Source of the DNA: Ptychomitrium polyphyllum
Taxonomy: Eukaryota
NCBI GenBank assembly: GCA_973851085.1
Contig: OZ316775.1
Location: 3,782,001-3,846,000 of the forward strand
DNA length: 64,000 nt
Reading direction: 5' to 3'
Below, in pieces: positions 36,701 to 51,007 of this stretch (positions within the stretch are counted from its first letter, which is position 1; each line of letters opens with the position of its first letter). Position numbers and translations under genes: made by a program. Below the pieces are notes generated by a model. It was not told where the DNA came from and made no database searches. It was given only the letters and a program-made list of their open reading frames with translations.

Positions 36701-39225
36701 CTGAGCCTTTACTCCATGATCCCCAGCTGCAACATCAAATCGAAGATAGCATAATTCAGAATTTGCACCAACTGATTATGAACTGCATACAATGCCAAAG
36801 GAGTTCCTCTTAAAGCGACGATTTCTATCACATAATTTCAAGATCATAGCAAGATGATGTTGAGATTCCTCATAAGTGATAATACTGCTACGTGAATCAC
36901 ATCACTTACATTGCCAATAGCGGGCTCGAACAAAATTGTAGACCATGATGGCTACTCGTTCGACTTGAATCACCACAATCGCTGTAGTAATCAACTCCAT
37001 CAACGAATCGGGAAATTCGATTATCCAAAACTCAAGTCCAGATTTTCGTTTTGAAGGAGCCATAGAAATGTGCACCAGGACAATAATCAAAGATACCAGT
37101 GCAAGTAGCACATGCCAATCTTTAAAATAGTCCCAAGCAATTTCCCAATCACTGATGAGTTTCTCATCAGCATCACTAACGGGTGAAACTGACCTCGGCG
37201 ATTCTTTTTCAGAAAGAGGAGTCGCATACTTCGCCAGAACCTTTTTATCACCAAAAAACAATGTTAGTATCTATAATTGATGCTTTTAAAGCACCATATC
37301 CACAAAAGGTGAAAATGAAGAATCGTTTACAGGTACATATATCATCAAATGTAAAGTCGATGCATATCGTTGTCTCGGCGGTCAAATCGTCAGCGGAAGA
37401 TGTGACAAATTAATATGGACAATAGCGGTTGTGCGATATGCGTCAATATCTGAAATACCTCTTGATAAACAATAAAACTATCTCTTATTCCATTCCGCGC
37501 ACCGCTTTCGATCATCCCCTTCATCATCGTGCTATGTAGAAAATTCAACCTCCAAGATGCTTGGACTCGGCAAGACTTTTCTCCACTTGGCATATCCGGT
37601 AGGGCCAGAATAACTACCTGCACGCGTAGTTAGTGCTTAGTTTTTCCTTCCAGCGACTTGATGAGCAACAATTAGAATAAAAAGAAAACATCCTTCCAAA
37701 AGCAGGACCGCGGAACTATACACATGATATCATTAGCTGGTCTACAGAATATGGATTCTTCAGTCACTTATTCAGTGAACGTAGATAATTAGAATAATCA
37801 AAAACCAAAGTTTAAATGAAAAACTCGTGTAAATAATGTCCTTGTAAATTACAAATTCTTTCTAGTAATTTAACTGCGCACAACTTTTCTAAAGTACAAC
37901 TGGTGTGCAATACCTGCATTTCAACCACAAAGTTCCCTCCATAAGGCGCGTCCGGCGTGGAGCTTGTAATAAGAACGCAAAATCCTTTATCATCGACTCG
38001 AGTATATGCCTGAGTCTCAAATGACTTGAGAGCTTTTACCAGCTTAGTTGCAGCTCTCAAAGAGCTGATAGATCTCTTGATGGGATCATTTCCTACTTTC
38101 TTCCAAGGCTGTTCACTATACTCGGTCGTCTTCTGAATCTGGAGTAAATCCCGCACAAAAGCTGATCCTGGCTTGAATATGATTGCATTCATTGCCTTGG
38201 CACTCACGGCATACTTCTGATCCATAACCACTCCACCAGCCAATGGCGGAGGCAGATCTTCTGGAGACGAACCTACGCTTTTGCCATCATCATCAAAAAA
38301 TGAGAGGGGGATTGAATCGTCTTCCTCGCTGCAGCTTACTTCACTCAGACTGTCATCATTACTTCGGAATGAATCCAACTCGGAGGACCTGCACACGGAA
38401 TCGTGCAGTATTTCTTAGATAAACACCACCTCGTGTGCCAGATTGAATAGCCACTTTCACGCCGGCCATGTCAGGATGATAAAATCCACAGATAAATAAA
38501 TAAATCAGATAATATAGTTTTAATTAGAACGCCTGAGTCGTCGCCAAATTAAATATAATTCCCACGTCTAGTAAAAGCAACCAGATGACAAAAGATTCTC
38601 AAGTAGTAAATCAATACCTTGTTGAAAAAGAAGATGACTCACTTCCTCCATGTCGACTTCCACGCTTCTTGAGTGCTGACGAGAGCTTGTTTGCTACTCG
38701 CTGCGCGTCTCCCTTCCATTTTTTCCTATGTCGCTTCCGCTCCTGGTTTTCAAGTTCTTTCTCAAACTCCCGGTCGGGATTCGTTTGATCGGGAGTCGGT
38801 TCGACCATGCTTTGTGGGTAAGACTGGCACATGAGAGACAGTAATGATCAACTCAATATGGTGTACATAAGTCACTAGTGAGAACATCTTTGGAAACACC
38901 CGCTAGTCAACAGAGTCTAAATCCTTGGCGCATTTTAACAAAACATTGAGCAACTATTACGGAAATCATTCACTCAATGCCTTCAATACAGTCCCAAAAT
39001 ACACTAGATCCGTGTCGATAGCAACCTACCAAACAGAATGTCCCATATTTAAGTACTTGAATGCTGAAAGCTTACCATCATACCCGGCGACACTGGAATA
39101 TCAATAAGTTTATCAGAGTCAATTGAGCTGTCACTGCTCATCGAGTCGGTGCGCATGAGAGAGGGTCTCATACTCTCCCCTGGACCACTAGACGTGGATG
39201 TTCTGTTCTCCATAACAGTCTCCAT
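33737..39225 (-). CDS. C2 and GRAM domain / VASt lipid-transfer protein, about 12 exons (39225-39076, 38823-38618, 38388-37914, 37617-37459, 37240-36910, 36726-36547, ~36450-36167, ~35787-35670, ~35463-35212, ~34940-34757, ~34441-34162, ~34031-33737)
   Basis: VASt1 (PPPLAGGVVMDQKY...TPDAPYG), a TM helix, GDHGVKAQGDGW followed by a C2 domain, GRAM (FQKLFALPAEEFLINDF..QGRLFLS), VASt2 (LHNVPFGDHF). Matches the At1g03370/At5g50170 family. Confidence 0.92.
33752..33826 (-). repeat. Coding 15-bp tandem repeat x5 encoding KD(E/D)KR
   Basis: KDEKRKDEKRKDDKRKDDKRKDDKR at the C-terminus. Confidence 0.95.
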
Positions 39226-42200
39226 GACTGAAGAGGCTTCAATGCCAGGGGTTAAGTCTTTGGATGTAACTTGCACAGTTTGAAAGACCTCGTTTCAAGA
39301 ACTGAAAAAATCCAACAAAAAGATGGAGTTGTGGGTATAAATTTGCAGGAGACCAATATTACAGTGACGTGCCCTCTCTAAGTTGTTTCCCTTCTAAATA
39401 ACGCCGCAAATGCTTAGAAAAAAAATCCACATTTCTCAAGTATGCCTGCCAATGAACATCAATTCGCGCTTGTACTCCCTTACAACAATTTTTAATCCCG
39501 GCCGCAGCTTTTTCAGATACGCGAAATCAATTCCCTTATTCGATGCAATCGAGAAGAATCTGTAACGCCAGATAAGCCAACCAATTTTCTCCTTCTTCGT
39601 CACTATTTGGGAAGCATTACCGATCCAAATTCAACTAAATCGTCTCAGCGTCCAGTACTACATAGATGTATTCAAACCACTTCATCTAGCCGACCACAAT
39701 ATCTGGCCAGCCACTTCAAATTTCAACTTGAGGCAAACAACACCCTAATCACGTCGCAGCTCTCCCCACAAACCCCAAAACCCATCATTCCGTCGTTTGC
39801 GTATGAAGACAAACCAAAAAATCCCAACGTCTCCTCTATTACAAGCTACGGACAAGCTGACTTGACAGAAACTAACGAGTACTAACTTCTAGGACAACCT
39901 AGACTCCCCTCCCTTCCACAAAGTACAAGCAGCAGCCAGATACATCCGTTTCTGGCGGAGGTTCCTCAACGACATCATGTAATCAGAATCCATACCAGTA
40001 AAATCTGCAAGCTGACATCATTACAGAACTAAACCCCAGCTGCTCACTCCGTCATCTTCTTCTAACGCAATCTGTACACGTCTTAAATGGCTCTCTAAAC
40101 AATGAAGGACGTGATACTTTTCACCCAAGAGAGAAGATAGGATGTTCATCACACTCACGGTCGCGCAGTGTCCCTCTCACTGAGCAGCAGGTACAAGCAG
40201 AATCTCGTCACGACGTCTCACGTGTGTTGATGAAATGGTGCTGCCCGCCTTCCCTTGTGAAAAAGGTGTCAGTGCTTCTAGTGATCCAGAACCACAAGCT
40301 TCATCTTCCAGGTCACTACCCCGTTCCTTCAGACCAGCAAAAAATGGAGAACCGCTTCAGTTGCGCACTCACTGCCAGCCACTTGGCAGTCAGGGGAGAA
40401 AAACAACAAGTGTCACCAGAAAACCAACAGTCTACCACAATACTGTACGAGCCGGTTTCCGGAAAAAGGACCCAAAGTCAACATTTTACGCAAGCCATAA
40501 CGGACTCTAAAACACGTCTCAACGCTTGAGCGGATGAATACCAATGGGCTGCACCTATCCCGCAATTATTGAAGGGTCACTCTCCACGTAGACAATAATA
40601 AAAGGTGGCCGATTCATGACTCAAACGGCTGCGCAGACACAGGGCACCTACTAACTTACATACACGAACATTGCTCGAAACGTTCCGTAGTCACATTCGA
40701 CCAATCAAACCTCACAATCTAACTAAACCAACGCTCAGACACTTCGATTAGCAAGTTCGTAATTCACTCTCACCAACCCAACAGATTATGAACCCGTCAC
40801 CTTCAAAGACCAGAACAACCATACCGATACTACAACACGTACACATGCACAAAAGATTTCACGAGAGCAGGAATGCAAGGAACACGAACGATTGTTCAAC
40901 AGAAAAAGACCGATTGAAAACTAGGGGTCTTAATGCTCACATTCACCAAACGCCTCATCCTCCATCGCCGAACATACGCTCGTCGTCTGCTCACTCACTT
41001 CCTGCCACAACCCTTCCTGCAAAACCAACCTCTCACCACCACTCCATACCACTGATCTCTCTCTTCCCTCTCTCTCCCTCTCCCTCTCCCTCTCGATTGA
41101 CATCCAAACCAACAAGCAAATCACTGCAAAAGAAGAGTTTCTAACTGCATCCACACTAAACTAAGTACCACCTGGCGCTGACCGATACAGGCATCGACCT
41201 TTGTGCAGCCATGACTCGATCACAATGCATGAGGTGTCGACCAGTCCAACATCCAGAAAGCAACTTTTCACAATCCTTTTTCGATCTCGGATGCTAAGTC
41301 GGCGTCACGCTGATGCTACGTGTGGTCAAGCCATTTGACCAAGCAGGGATGCAGCAACCACGTCAAGGCCGGGCCCATTACGAAGCTGACAGCTACAGGC
41401 ATCCTGTAGCCCCGACCTCTAACCATGCACACGACGCTTGCCGCCGATGATTGTGCCGAGCGGAGCTCTGATCGTCTCCCAGCTGCCCACTTGGAGTGTC
41501 CGTGACGCGGACGCACTCACTTAGGGCTTCGCTTTCGGCTGACATTCAAAGAAGCCTTCTGCCTAAACCCGTCCCTGTTCCCGCAACCGTCATTTCTTGC
41601 GCTTCGTGTGGATTTCTGAACGGATATTGTACCCGGTTTGTAGATGATTCAGTTTTAAGTGTGCATCTATTGCTCAGCAGGTTTTGAGGACCGGATCTTC
41701 GGCCTGGTCTGGGTGGAATGTTCCAAAGTGGCGCACTTTTTGGTCCACGTGGATGCGTCGCGATTCGTTTTTTCTGGAATGGGGCAGAATCCGGGGACTT
41801 AGACTAGCCGTACGGAATCTTTTGGCTGGGTTTGGGTTTTCTTGGGGATTTGTTTGCGACAGTGAAAGCGAGGTGGACGGATGGGATAGGTGAGCAGAGG
41901 TTAAAGTTCCTTAGGTGGCAGAATATGTCTATCCGTGCCCTATCCAGGGTGGTCTGCAGCGTGTCGGCTAGAGCTTGATACAGGTGGTGTCTGGTACAGG
42001 TGATGACTCATCTTCTGGATACAGTGAGGAGCAAGCGTGAGTATGTATGTTTGATTGGTTTTCGTATGGAAAGCCATAATGTGAGAGCATCTTCGCCGCA
42101 CACATGGAAAATATGAAAGGAATCATTTCATTCTTCAGCGAGCACATTTTTAAATCACATAAAACAGGCAAAGAAAATTGTAGATTTGGATATAAGTTCA

Positions 42201-43081
42201 CAAAATTACATTCTTTGGGAGCATGCTACTATATTGATGTTGAAGGCTATAGTTTTCAAAGTTTCATCTATTTGTAATCTAAGAATCTAAAAGAATTGGA
42301 CTTGTCTGTTTTTGTTTAATTGACAATTCCATTTTGCCAAAGTTTATAAGTTTCTTGTAGATGTAGAGATAAGCTTTCAAGTATATAGGGCATGTCTTTT
42401 TTCATATTAAGGGTTTTTTTTAGGTGGTAATTTTATGCATTGTGGTCTAATGGTCTTGCAATTGAAGTAAAATAATTTGGCCAAAGTGCCTTCTAATGAG
42501 TAGTCTTTTGTATAGCACCTCAAGATGATTTTAAAATCCTAAATCTAGTTGCAAGACTATTAGCATGGACGTGGACCTTCTTCCACAAGGACCTATTTGT
42601 TCCTATTTTATTATTTCATTAGCTAATTAATCAATTGATAGAAACCATCTTACATTGCCTCTTAAAATTACAACAAGTTTTAATAACTATTCAAATGAAA
42701 AAATATAAGCCTCCAAATGCTTAAAGGTATTAATACCTTGTTAATATAAAGTGAATTCATTTTAGACCTATTTATAAATTTAAATTTGAATTCTTTCAAC
42801 AATAAGAATGTAATTATTAAGTAAAGAATTATTGACGATTTTTAACTAAAATAAGGTACATAATTCTATAGCTACTATTTTTTAAGGTTTCCATCCATAA
42901 AATTACTCCATTATTACATATATAAGTTGGAAATTCCAAAAAAATAATGTGACAAAATATAAAACTCAGAGGTTGTGGTAATAGGCTTAATATATGTTGA
43001 ATTATGAAATAATAATGTTGGTAAATTTGTTTAAAATATATTTCAAATTTATACATATATAAAATAAAAAAATTCAAAGAG

Positions 43082-43147
43082 TTATATATATTTTTATATA
43101 TATTTGTATATATATTTATATATATTTAACTATATATATATATATAT
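43082..43147. repeat. Imperfect (TA)n microsatellite
   Basis: Run of ta dinucleotides with interruptions. Confidence 0.85.
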
Positions 43148-43447
43148 GGTAGATTTAAATAATATACATATCTACCATCAAATTTAAAAAAAAAACATTG
43201 TACTCATTATAATGAAAAACATCAAAGTCCTAAAATAATCTTTGAGATGAAATAAATCTAAAACGATTATAATTATCAAAGATGATTGTCAAGTTATTAA
43301 AATTATACAGCAAGTTTTTTACCAATTAATGAATTAAAATAGCCAAAAGCCATTAAATTTGCAATTAAATCATTTATGAAATATGTAATTCACCTCGAAT
43401 CAAATTATATTCCCTAATCTTTGTTATAATTAAATCGCCAAGTAGCA

Positions 43448-46400
43448 TAGCACTGTTAGTAAAATTAAGCAGGAAATTACTAGCTGGCGTGCCATCTACC
43501 ATCCCTGAGCAAATGACAAGATGCAGTGATCCCCAAGATCCGTGGTTATCACCACGAACTTTTCTCTTACCACTTTATTTCTTTCTATCTTTTTATTTTA
43601 TTTTTTTATCTTAATTTCTACTTCTTTATTGCAAACTAAATCTTCATAATAATTCATATGGTTTTTATATATTGTGCCACTACGCCACACAACACTGTTT
43701 CAAATGGAACTTGAAATGCAATGATTCTCCACGATTTCTTTGGAACGCTTGTTGCAAGAGGGATTTGCGTGAGTATTAGCTACGACCTTATGATTGGAGC
43801 ATCAAGGCTTCTTGGGAACCTTCAAATTATCATTTAGATATTTTGGAGCTTGTGCACATTTGAGGTTCTAGACAAGTGGAGGTTCTCAGTCTGAGCTTGG
43901 GTGATAATACACGTATTTTACAATGGAGCTAGCTTCCACGACCATGAACAGCGTGACATTTATAATGAGCATTCCAACTTTCCTTGTGTTAAGTATTCCA
44001 ATTTTCCTTGTATTAAGTATTCCAACTTTCCATGTACCAAGTATTCCAACTTTTCATACACGTACATGCTTAGTGACCGCGGGTGGAAGAGAAGAGTACC
44101 TTTGGAGCTGCTAAACCACTTCATATCTATTATAAATTTTTTTCTATTAATTAATTAGATACAATGCAAGATTTATTTGTTTAAGCAAGGTAGATTGGGA
44201 CAAGGCATGATGTTGAAAATTTTCATATTTCAAAAAAGTAGGCTTACATTAAGTATGTATGGTTACAAAAGCTTAATATAAAATCAAATCCAAAATACTA
44301 TAGCATTATTCTAAAAGGGTTCTTATGGTGGTAGAGCATTAATCTATTCTTCATTATGTGGATAAAAATTTGGACTTAGTATTCAAAATCAATGGCTTTA
44401 CATATGCCACAAATACATCTAATCATCTGTTAAATCCATTGGATTGTTCTTGTTCCACTTGTTCCTATGCCACTTGAGTTTGGCCCTACTTCACTTAATA
44501 ATTGCCGCTTTTTCCTTCTTTCACAAGCAGGCCCATTTATATCAAGCAAAGCTCGCATAATGTGAGAATTCTTCATTTATTCAAAAAATCTATATGTATG
44601 AAGGCCATATTGCTCTAACAAATAATCTATGGCTTGCAAAGTGAATTCTAGAACCTATATCAATTTGTTGTACGCCAAGCCTTCAAATGCCTCCTTTAAA
44701 GCACGTCCGTCCACATCCGTGATTTGTTCTCCAATTGAATTCCATTTGTACCCTTGAATATGGAATTCAAACTTGAAGGTTTGACTTCTCTCATCAAAAA
44801 GTCCTTGCATGCATTGATAAAAAAACATCATCTATGCTTGTTCTTTTCACAACCTACCAATTTCTTAGCAATCAAAACAATATCTTCAGAGTTTGTGTCC
44901 CAATGTAGTTGTAAGCTAACATCATTCTTGTATAAAGTACGGACTCCTTGATGCCAACTCCAAATCAAGTCTTTATTTCATATATTCATATAGATCGATT
45001 CGAGCGTGTTGTTGAAATTGTGCTTCCAACTTGGTGGCATAAAGCCAGTGAAATTGAACATCTTATAGAACTTCTTGTAAAAGGGAGTCTTACATATGAC
45101 ACACCTCTTTCAACCAAGGCAATTAAGCAAGAGACATTGTGGTTGGTATATGTCTTGACATGTCATAGAGTCCATTCACCTTCAAGGCCAAATATGTTGT
45201 TGTGATATATTTAATTGTATAATTTAAAACTTGTGTATTATTTATTGTTTGGTGTATTTAGAAAAGAGTATTAGGAAAAAGAAATAATTAGATTAAAATA
45301 AAGGTCGTGGTGAAACCACAATTTTTATTTATCTTGGAGGTGGAACCGCATCTTGTCTTAGCTCAGGGTGATTAAGCCGGTTGATTGTGATTTTTCCTGC
45401 GTGCCGTTTTCGTTAGCAGTACCAAGTCAAGTGCTGCCGTTCTACTCAACGAGTTCGACAAGAATAAAACTTGGACCAGTTCAGCAGCTGAAACTAATCC
45501 AGTCAACCAAGTTCATGATTTGGTGTCTGAATCTACCTCGACAATGGTTTTATTCTTAACTTGTTTCTTGTTGAATTTCAATCTTTTTTCTACTTTCTTT
45601 AATTTATTTTAGTTTATTTTAGTTTCTATTTTAGACTTGTGAGGGTTGATTTTATCTTCTTTGTAGTTGAAACCTAGAAGTTTCAACCAAAAGAAAGAAA
45701 AGAAAGAAAAACAAAAGAAAGGAATTTAAGTTGTTTTTTATTTAAAGATATGGTTAGATAAGGGTTTGATAAAGGAGATTAGGAGTTGATGTGGAGAAAT
45801 ATAGTTGATGTGGAGAGATAAGGGGCGGATGTGGCGGTTTGACCACCGCCCTCTTCTTCTCTCTCGGCCTCTCCTACTAGAATAAGAAGGCAACCTTTCT
45901 TTGGATGAGATCTCATAGTATACTTCTTAGTTTGAATTGATTTTTGTTGGATTTTTTTTTTTTTCTTTGTGATCTTTCCAAAAAGCTTTCACACACTCCA
46001 TTTGGAGTTAATATGTGGTTGTGGCTTTAGTTTGAGTAAAGTTAATTTAACTGCCTTGAGTTTCTAAGGGCAGCTATTTGAATGTTTGTAACTTCTTGTA
46101 GATACATCTTTTGTAAGTGAAATTTTAAGAAAAGAATTTTGATTATTTTGAAAAGATAGTATCAAAATTTGGTGAGCATTGAACTTTTTGAGCAAAAGAT
46201 AACAAGAAAAATGCAACCGGGATTTAGAGGGCAGTGTACAGTAGAATTTGGAGTTGCACAATTTGGGTCATTGTAGATGATTGAAGGGATTTCTAAGGTT
46301 GATCTTTTGACAAGGTATTTATTATAAGATACATATTATGTACACAAAGTTTAAAGTTTGAGTTTGCGATAAAAGAAGAGTTATGAAGTGGTAAAGTGAT

Positions 46401-46723
46401 AGGGGTATAAAAGCTATAGCAATGAAGAATGTAAACTTTGAAATTATGGATCTTAGAGGATATTAAGGATTTGGCAACAAAAATTCATATATAGCATACT
46501 AAATGTTTCAAAAAGATTTTGTTAAAATTTTAGATGCTTTGGATTAGTTTGTTAGAATTTATGATATATTTAGCATTCGGGATTTTCAAGGCAATTTAGA
46601 GGGAAATTTCGAGGTAGAGTATTTGCTTCATTGGATGTTAGAAATAGAAACTCTTCATGCATCTTGACTTTGATCAATTAGATGCTGAAGAAGAACCTGT
46701 GTTTCTTATAGATGTCACTTTCA
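43448..46723 (+). repeat. Left arm of a 3276-bp near-perfect inverted repeat
   Basis: Reverse complement of 53423-56698. Mirrored identical ORFs all have coordinate sums of 100146. Only three mismatches noticed by eye. Confidence 0.97.
43967..44062. repeat. 24-bp minisatellite x4 (mirrored at 56084-56179)
   Basis: Unit aagtattccaactttccttgtatt. Confidence 0.9.
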
Positions 46724-49700
46724 CTACGTTAACGTTTATTGAATTAGCGCATTTGGAGTTGTCTAATACAAACAATGCGGAATTTGGCCATAACATAATG
46801 TGTTCTTCGTTGCTCGGATGGACAAACTTTGCATTCTTGTATTTTCATCTAAGTTTTGCCATAACTAGTCGTATATCATTATTTTCCTTGAGAGGCTTGT
46901 CTTCAGGGAACAAATCATTTAGAAAGGCCTTAAATGTGAGATCAAACTTTTAGGCCCTAATGTCTTATAAATATCTATAATCTATTTTTTAAAACTCAAT
47001 TGATATTTGAGCAAGCTTATCAACCGTAAGTATGTATGCCACCTTCCATTAATAATAGGTTTCTGATAGTTGTTGGAGACAATTAACTAAGTAAATATTA
47101 GTCATTCTCAGCTTCTACAATTCACCATTTACAAGCGCAGGTGGAAATGACAACAAGTCTTGTGTTTCTTGTACATCTCACATCACAATATTAGACTAGC
47201 CGGGATGACTTTTGTATACATTGTCAAGCCCAGAAGTCATTATTGTACGCTGCCGTGGACTAGGATCTTCTTCTAAAATACCATACGTTTCATGAGCAAC
47301 AACATGATTCAAGTCATGGATAACTTGACTTGATGTTGGAAAAGTCTCAATGCCTTCCATTGGCTTAGCGATATGTGAACAACCTTGAAGATTGTGGAGC
47401 TGTACAACTTCTTCTTCCAATTTTTTAATAATTTTTGATTTGCTTGCACTCTGCAGTCTCAAGCTTTAGACCTTGTCTTTTAAAGTTTTGATGGTGACAT
47501 CTTTAAGCTTCATTTCTTCCATGCATTCTTTAATATTCTTTGATAAAACATTTGGCCTCACTTCGCTACTTTAATTGGAGGCTGGATTAAGTCATCTTCA
47601 TTCATGGCATTGAAGTATTGAGTTGGTTCTTTTAGGTTGTTTACATCTACTAAAACAATGGCTTGTGCAGTAAGCATATCAAATGACACCACTCTTTTTT
47701 GTTCTTGAGCTATACAACTTATTAGTTGCCTAACAAATCTTTGTGCAAGGACCTTGTAGAGAATGGTAGGTCCAGCGTTTGAAATGCTTCATCTTTGCTT
47801 GATTCAAATGAACTTGAGAAAATTGAAGCAACATTTACAATTTTAAGACGCTTTCTTCTGACAATGCTTAGACCACCATTTGGAAATAACATTACACCCT
47901 AAGAAATGATAAATTGATTTGATTATTTTATAATCTTGGACTTTGGCACAGTAGTCTAATCCACCTCATTCTCCAAAGCAACCTCTGTGCTTTGGCACAA
48001 TAGTCCAATACATCATCTGCGTTAGAAATAAACAAATTTTATTCCTTTCTACCTAAAATAGTTGGTAGAAAACTTGCCACACTTCAATGCATCTTTATAT
48101 AAAGTCAAGGCACATACAAAAATTCCGATTTGCATTGTTCCAATCAATGGGCCACCTTTAATTAATGTGGTAGCAATCAATGTATTTTTTGCAAGTATTT
48201 AAAGTCCAAAGTCTAGTAACATCTTGCCATCTAGTCTTAGCCAAGATGCTTAAATCCAATAAAACTTAGAGCCGCTTCTTGTAAGGTTTTCTTTTTGCTT
48301 TCCTTTGCCTACTTGTAGACCCTTGTTCCAATACCACCTCGTTGATCCTATCTTCAGTATGCCTAATATTTCTAGCTACCTTGTTATCCATATTAAGCCT
48401 CTCTATGTCTTCTTCAAACTCCATTTGCAAAATAAATGAAATTTAGAAACGATTACAATGAATGTTTATTTCTAATTATGTAAAATGTGTAAAATCGGCA
48501 CGTATTACGGACAAAATAACCACAAGACAAGGCTCGAGGATTCCAGGATTTGGAACGAAATAAATCGTAATATACAAAAAGTAAAGAGCTACAACAAAGT
48601 ACAAAAGACAAGGCCAGAAGGTCTGAATTAGACCACAAGAGATGCATTATTGAGACTGAAGAGTTCTTTAGCCTCAACTCCTATATATACTAGAACTATA
48701 AGCCTTGGATCTTCTTGAGAAGCTTCACCTACATTGCTTCGTACTCAAGCAGCTTTAAGCTGCTTCCTTGGAAGTTTTCTAGGACGAGTTAACGTCTTTT
48801 GAAGTTTTTTAAATCTTTTAAGAACCTTTCTAGATGCTTCTAATATGTATGTCCATAACATCACCTCTTCTTCTAATTTTGAGGTCTCTAAAAAGCAACG
48901 AATGCTCAGAATTGTTTAAAAAGTCAAAAATTTGTCGCATGATATCTACAACAAACTCCAATTGCTTTTTCCAATTTAAATGGTTCATGGATTCTTGTAA
49001 CCACCGATAGTGTCCAATGCCTTCTACTTAAGTCTAAGCATGAACTTTTGTATCTTTGTTGTCAAAGTGTCCTTCAAAAACAACTTCTAGATAACTTTTG
49101 TAAGCCGTTTCTATTTCAAAGACAATTACTAATGTTCTATTGTTGGATATCTTTCGACGTCTTCTTGGTCCAGTCTGTTCTTCATCACAAGGTTGTTGAC
49201 AAAAGCCACTTGATTGGATTGACACCACTGGCAAGGTATCTGCATCTTAAATGTCCATATCTAATATATCAAGGTAGTCTCAAAGAACTATGATAAACTT
49301 CAAAATATAAACGACTAATTTCCAAATCATGTCTGGGGCTTTGGAAATCAATGATTTAGGAATTGTTTTTTCTCCTACTAAAAAGCCCAAACATCAAGAG
49401 CCTTCAAAGCTACGCAATCTTACCAAGCCATTGTTCCTTCTATTGCTACTTTTGGTTTTGATGGATGTTGTCAATAGAACTCACAAACTTTTACTAGTGA
49501 ATTGGCAAGGTTATTAGTTGGCTCCTATATACGTTCACTATTGTCATATCCGCTCCAGTGTACCAAATATATTCCAGTTTTCCACGTCTTGTACATGAGT
49601 CAAGCTCTTTTTGTACTTCAAATTCATGATAATCGTTGATTTTGACCACAAGTGGTGGCAGCTACATTTGTCCAGAAATACTTCACTCCTTATAAGTCTC

Positions 49701-49863
49701 CCAAAGTGAAACGTGGAAGATGGGATGTACTTTCATTGACGTTGGTAGTTTTATACAATATACCAGGTGGTTGATTTGTTTTTTTATTACAAATGGTCCC
49801 AATCTGCAATAGTCCAGTTTATTATATGGCCTACTAGTCCTTATATTGCATCAAAGGAGCCAC

Positions 49864-51007
49864 TGTCGCAACCTTTGTAATGCACCTTAATATTTGTCAC
49901 GCGTATCAACCCTGTACATCTCCACATGCACATGGTTAACCCCGACTTTCACTCTCCAAGTTCCCTTACCATTTCTCTTAGGATACCCAAATGATTGGTA
50001 GCCAATGGTTTGGTGCGGACTTCCATTCATGTCCAAGGCCTCACTTGGTATTACTCCCATTTCACACGGCCTAATCGCACTTAGTGGTGTTTCTTTACCA
50101 CCACTCATGATCTCCATGTGATCCTAAGATCACTCCGGGCCATTATGGTGCCGACTTGAAGACACCACCCCAACTTAGTGGTAACAAGCATGTCCTTGTT
50201 ATCTCACTAGTTCCCTTTGTAAAACCGGTCATCCTTCGGCTCACAGTGATGTGGGAGTCTCGTGGTGAAGCCCCAATATTAGCTTCACCAACCGAGACTT
50301 ACTCTTGGTTCCTTGTGGGACACCAAGGGAGTGGGGAGGGGAACCAGCTTTCCCCTATAGTACTCTTTGTGGAATTTGGCAGGCCCCTTGGCCCTCTGTA
50401 GTTGATTGAACCCCGATACACCCAAACTTTTGGAAGACTACCCGATCTCCCTTGGAACTTAGCCGCTGGAAGGCTCCGGGACTTCTTGTGGACCTTTAGA
50501 GAGCCATATCTTCCATGTTTGGTGTCCAAATCAATTAAGCGACCATTCTATCGTCATCTACTCTTTGCGCAAATGCCGATAGACTCTTCATATGTCCAAT
50601 TTGACTTAGTACTCTGGGAGATATGCCTCTTTCAAGGTTTGGGACTCCCGGGGAGTCTCTCCCTAGATTGTCCTAGTCTAGTACAGTCACTGTCTAGGAC
50701 TGCCACAGTCCAGAATAGCCCCTTGGCGACCCCAACTTTGGAATGCCATATCTTTGAGCTCCCTTGTCTGATTTGAGCAATCTTTAGCATTCTAGAATTA
50801 GCTCTTCGTGAGTCCTCCAATACCCACGATTTCTTTGTCGTGGTCCTTGGTCTACATGAACAAGGATATATCTCCTCCTTGGGGTCCTTCCCAGGCTAAG
50901 CCCACTCGGTTCTCCTCATTATCGGCGCCACAAGTCCCGGACGTCACTCCGAGATCCTCCTTGTGCCCTTAGTGTTGCGGGCACTCTTCAAGGAGAGGTG
51001 CGCAACA
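49864..51007. mobile_element. Probable solo LTR of a fourth, GC-richer family (D; 1144 bp)
   Basis: TGTCGCAACC...GTGCGCAACA termini; TSD gccac/gttac. The empty site gagccacacc is visible in the paralogous copy at about 58194-58203. Confidence 0.8.

Noticed and set aside
40270..40305. Minus-strand ATG AAG CTT GTG GTT (MKLVV...LEA) resembling the start of the lost C2 exon
   Set aside because: It stops after 8 codons and no downstream C2 motifs were found; at most a short uORF.
45832..45880. GGCGGT...ACCGCC hairpin upstream of CTAG, like a Helitron 3' end
   Set aside because: The spacing is too long, CTAG is followed by A rather than T, and no 5' TC end or RepHel remnant was found.
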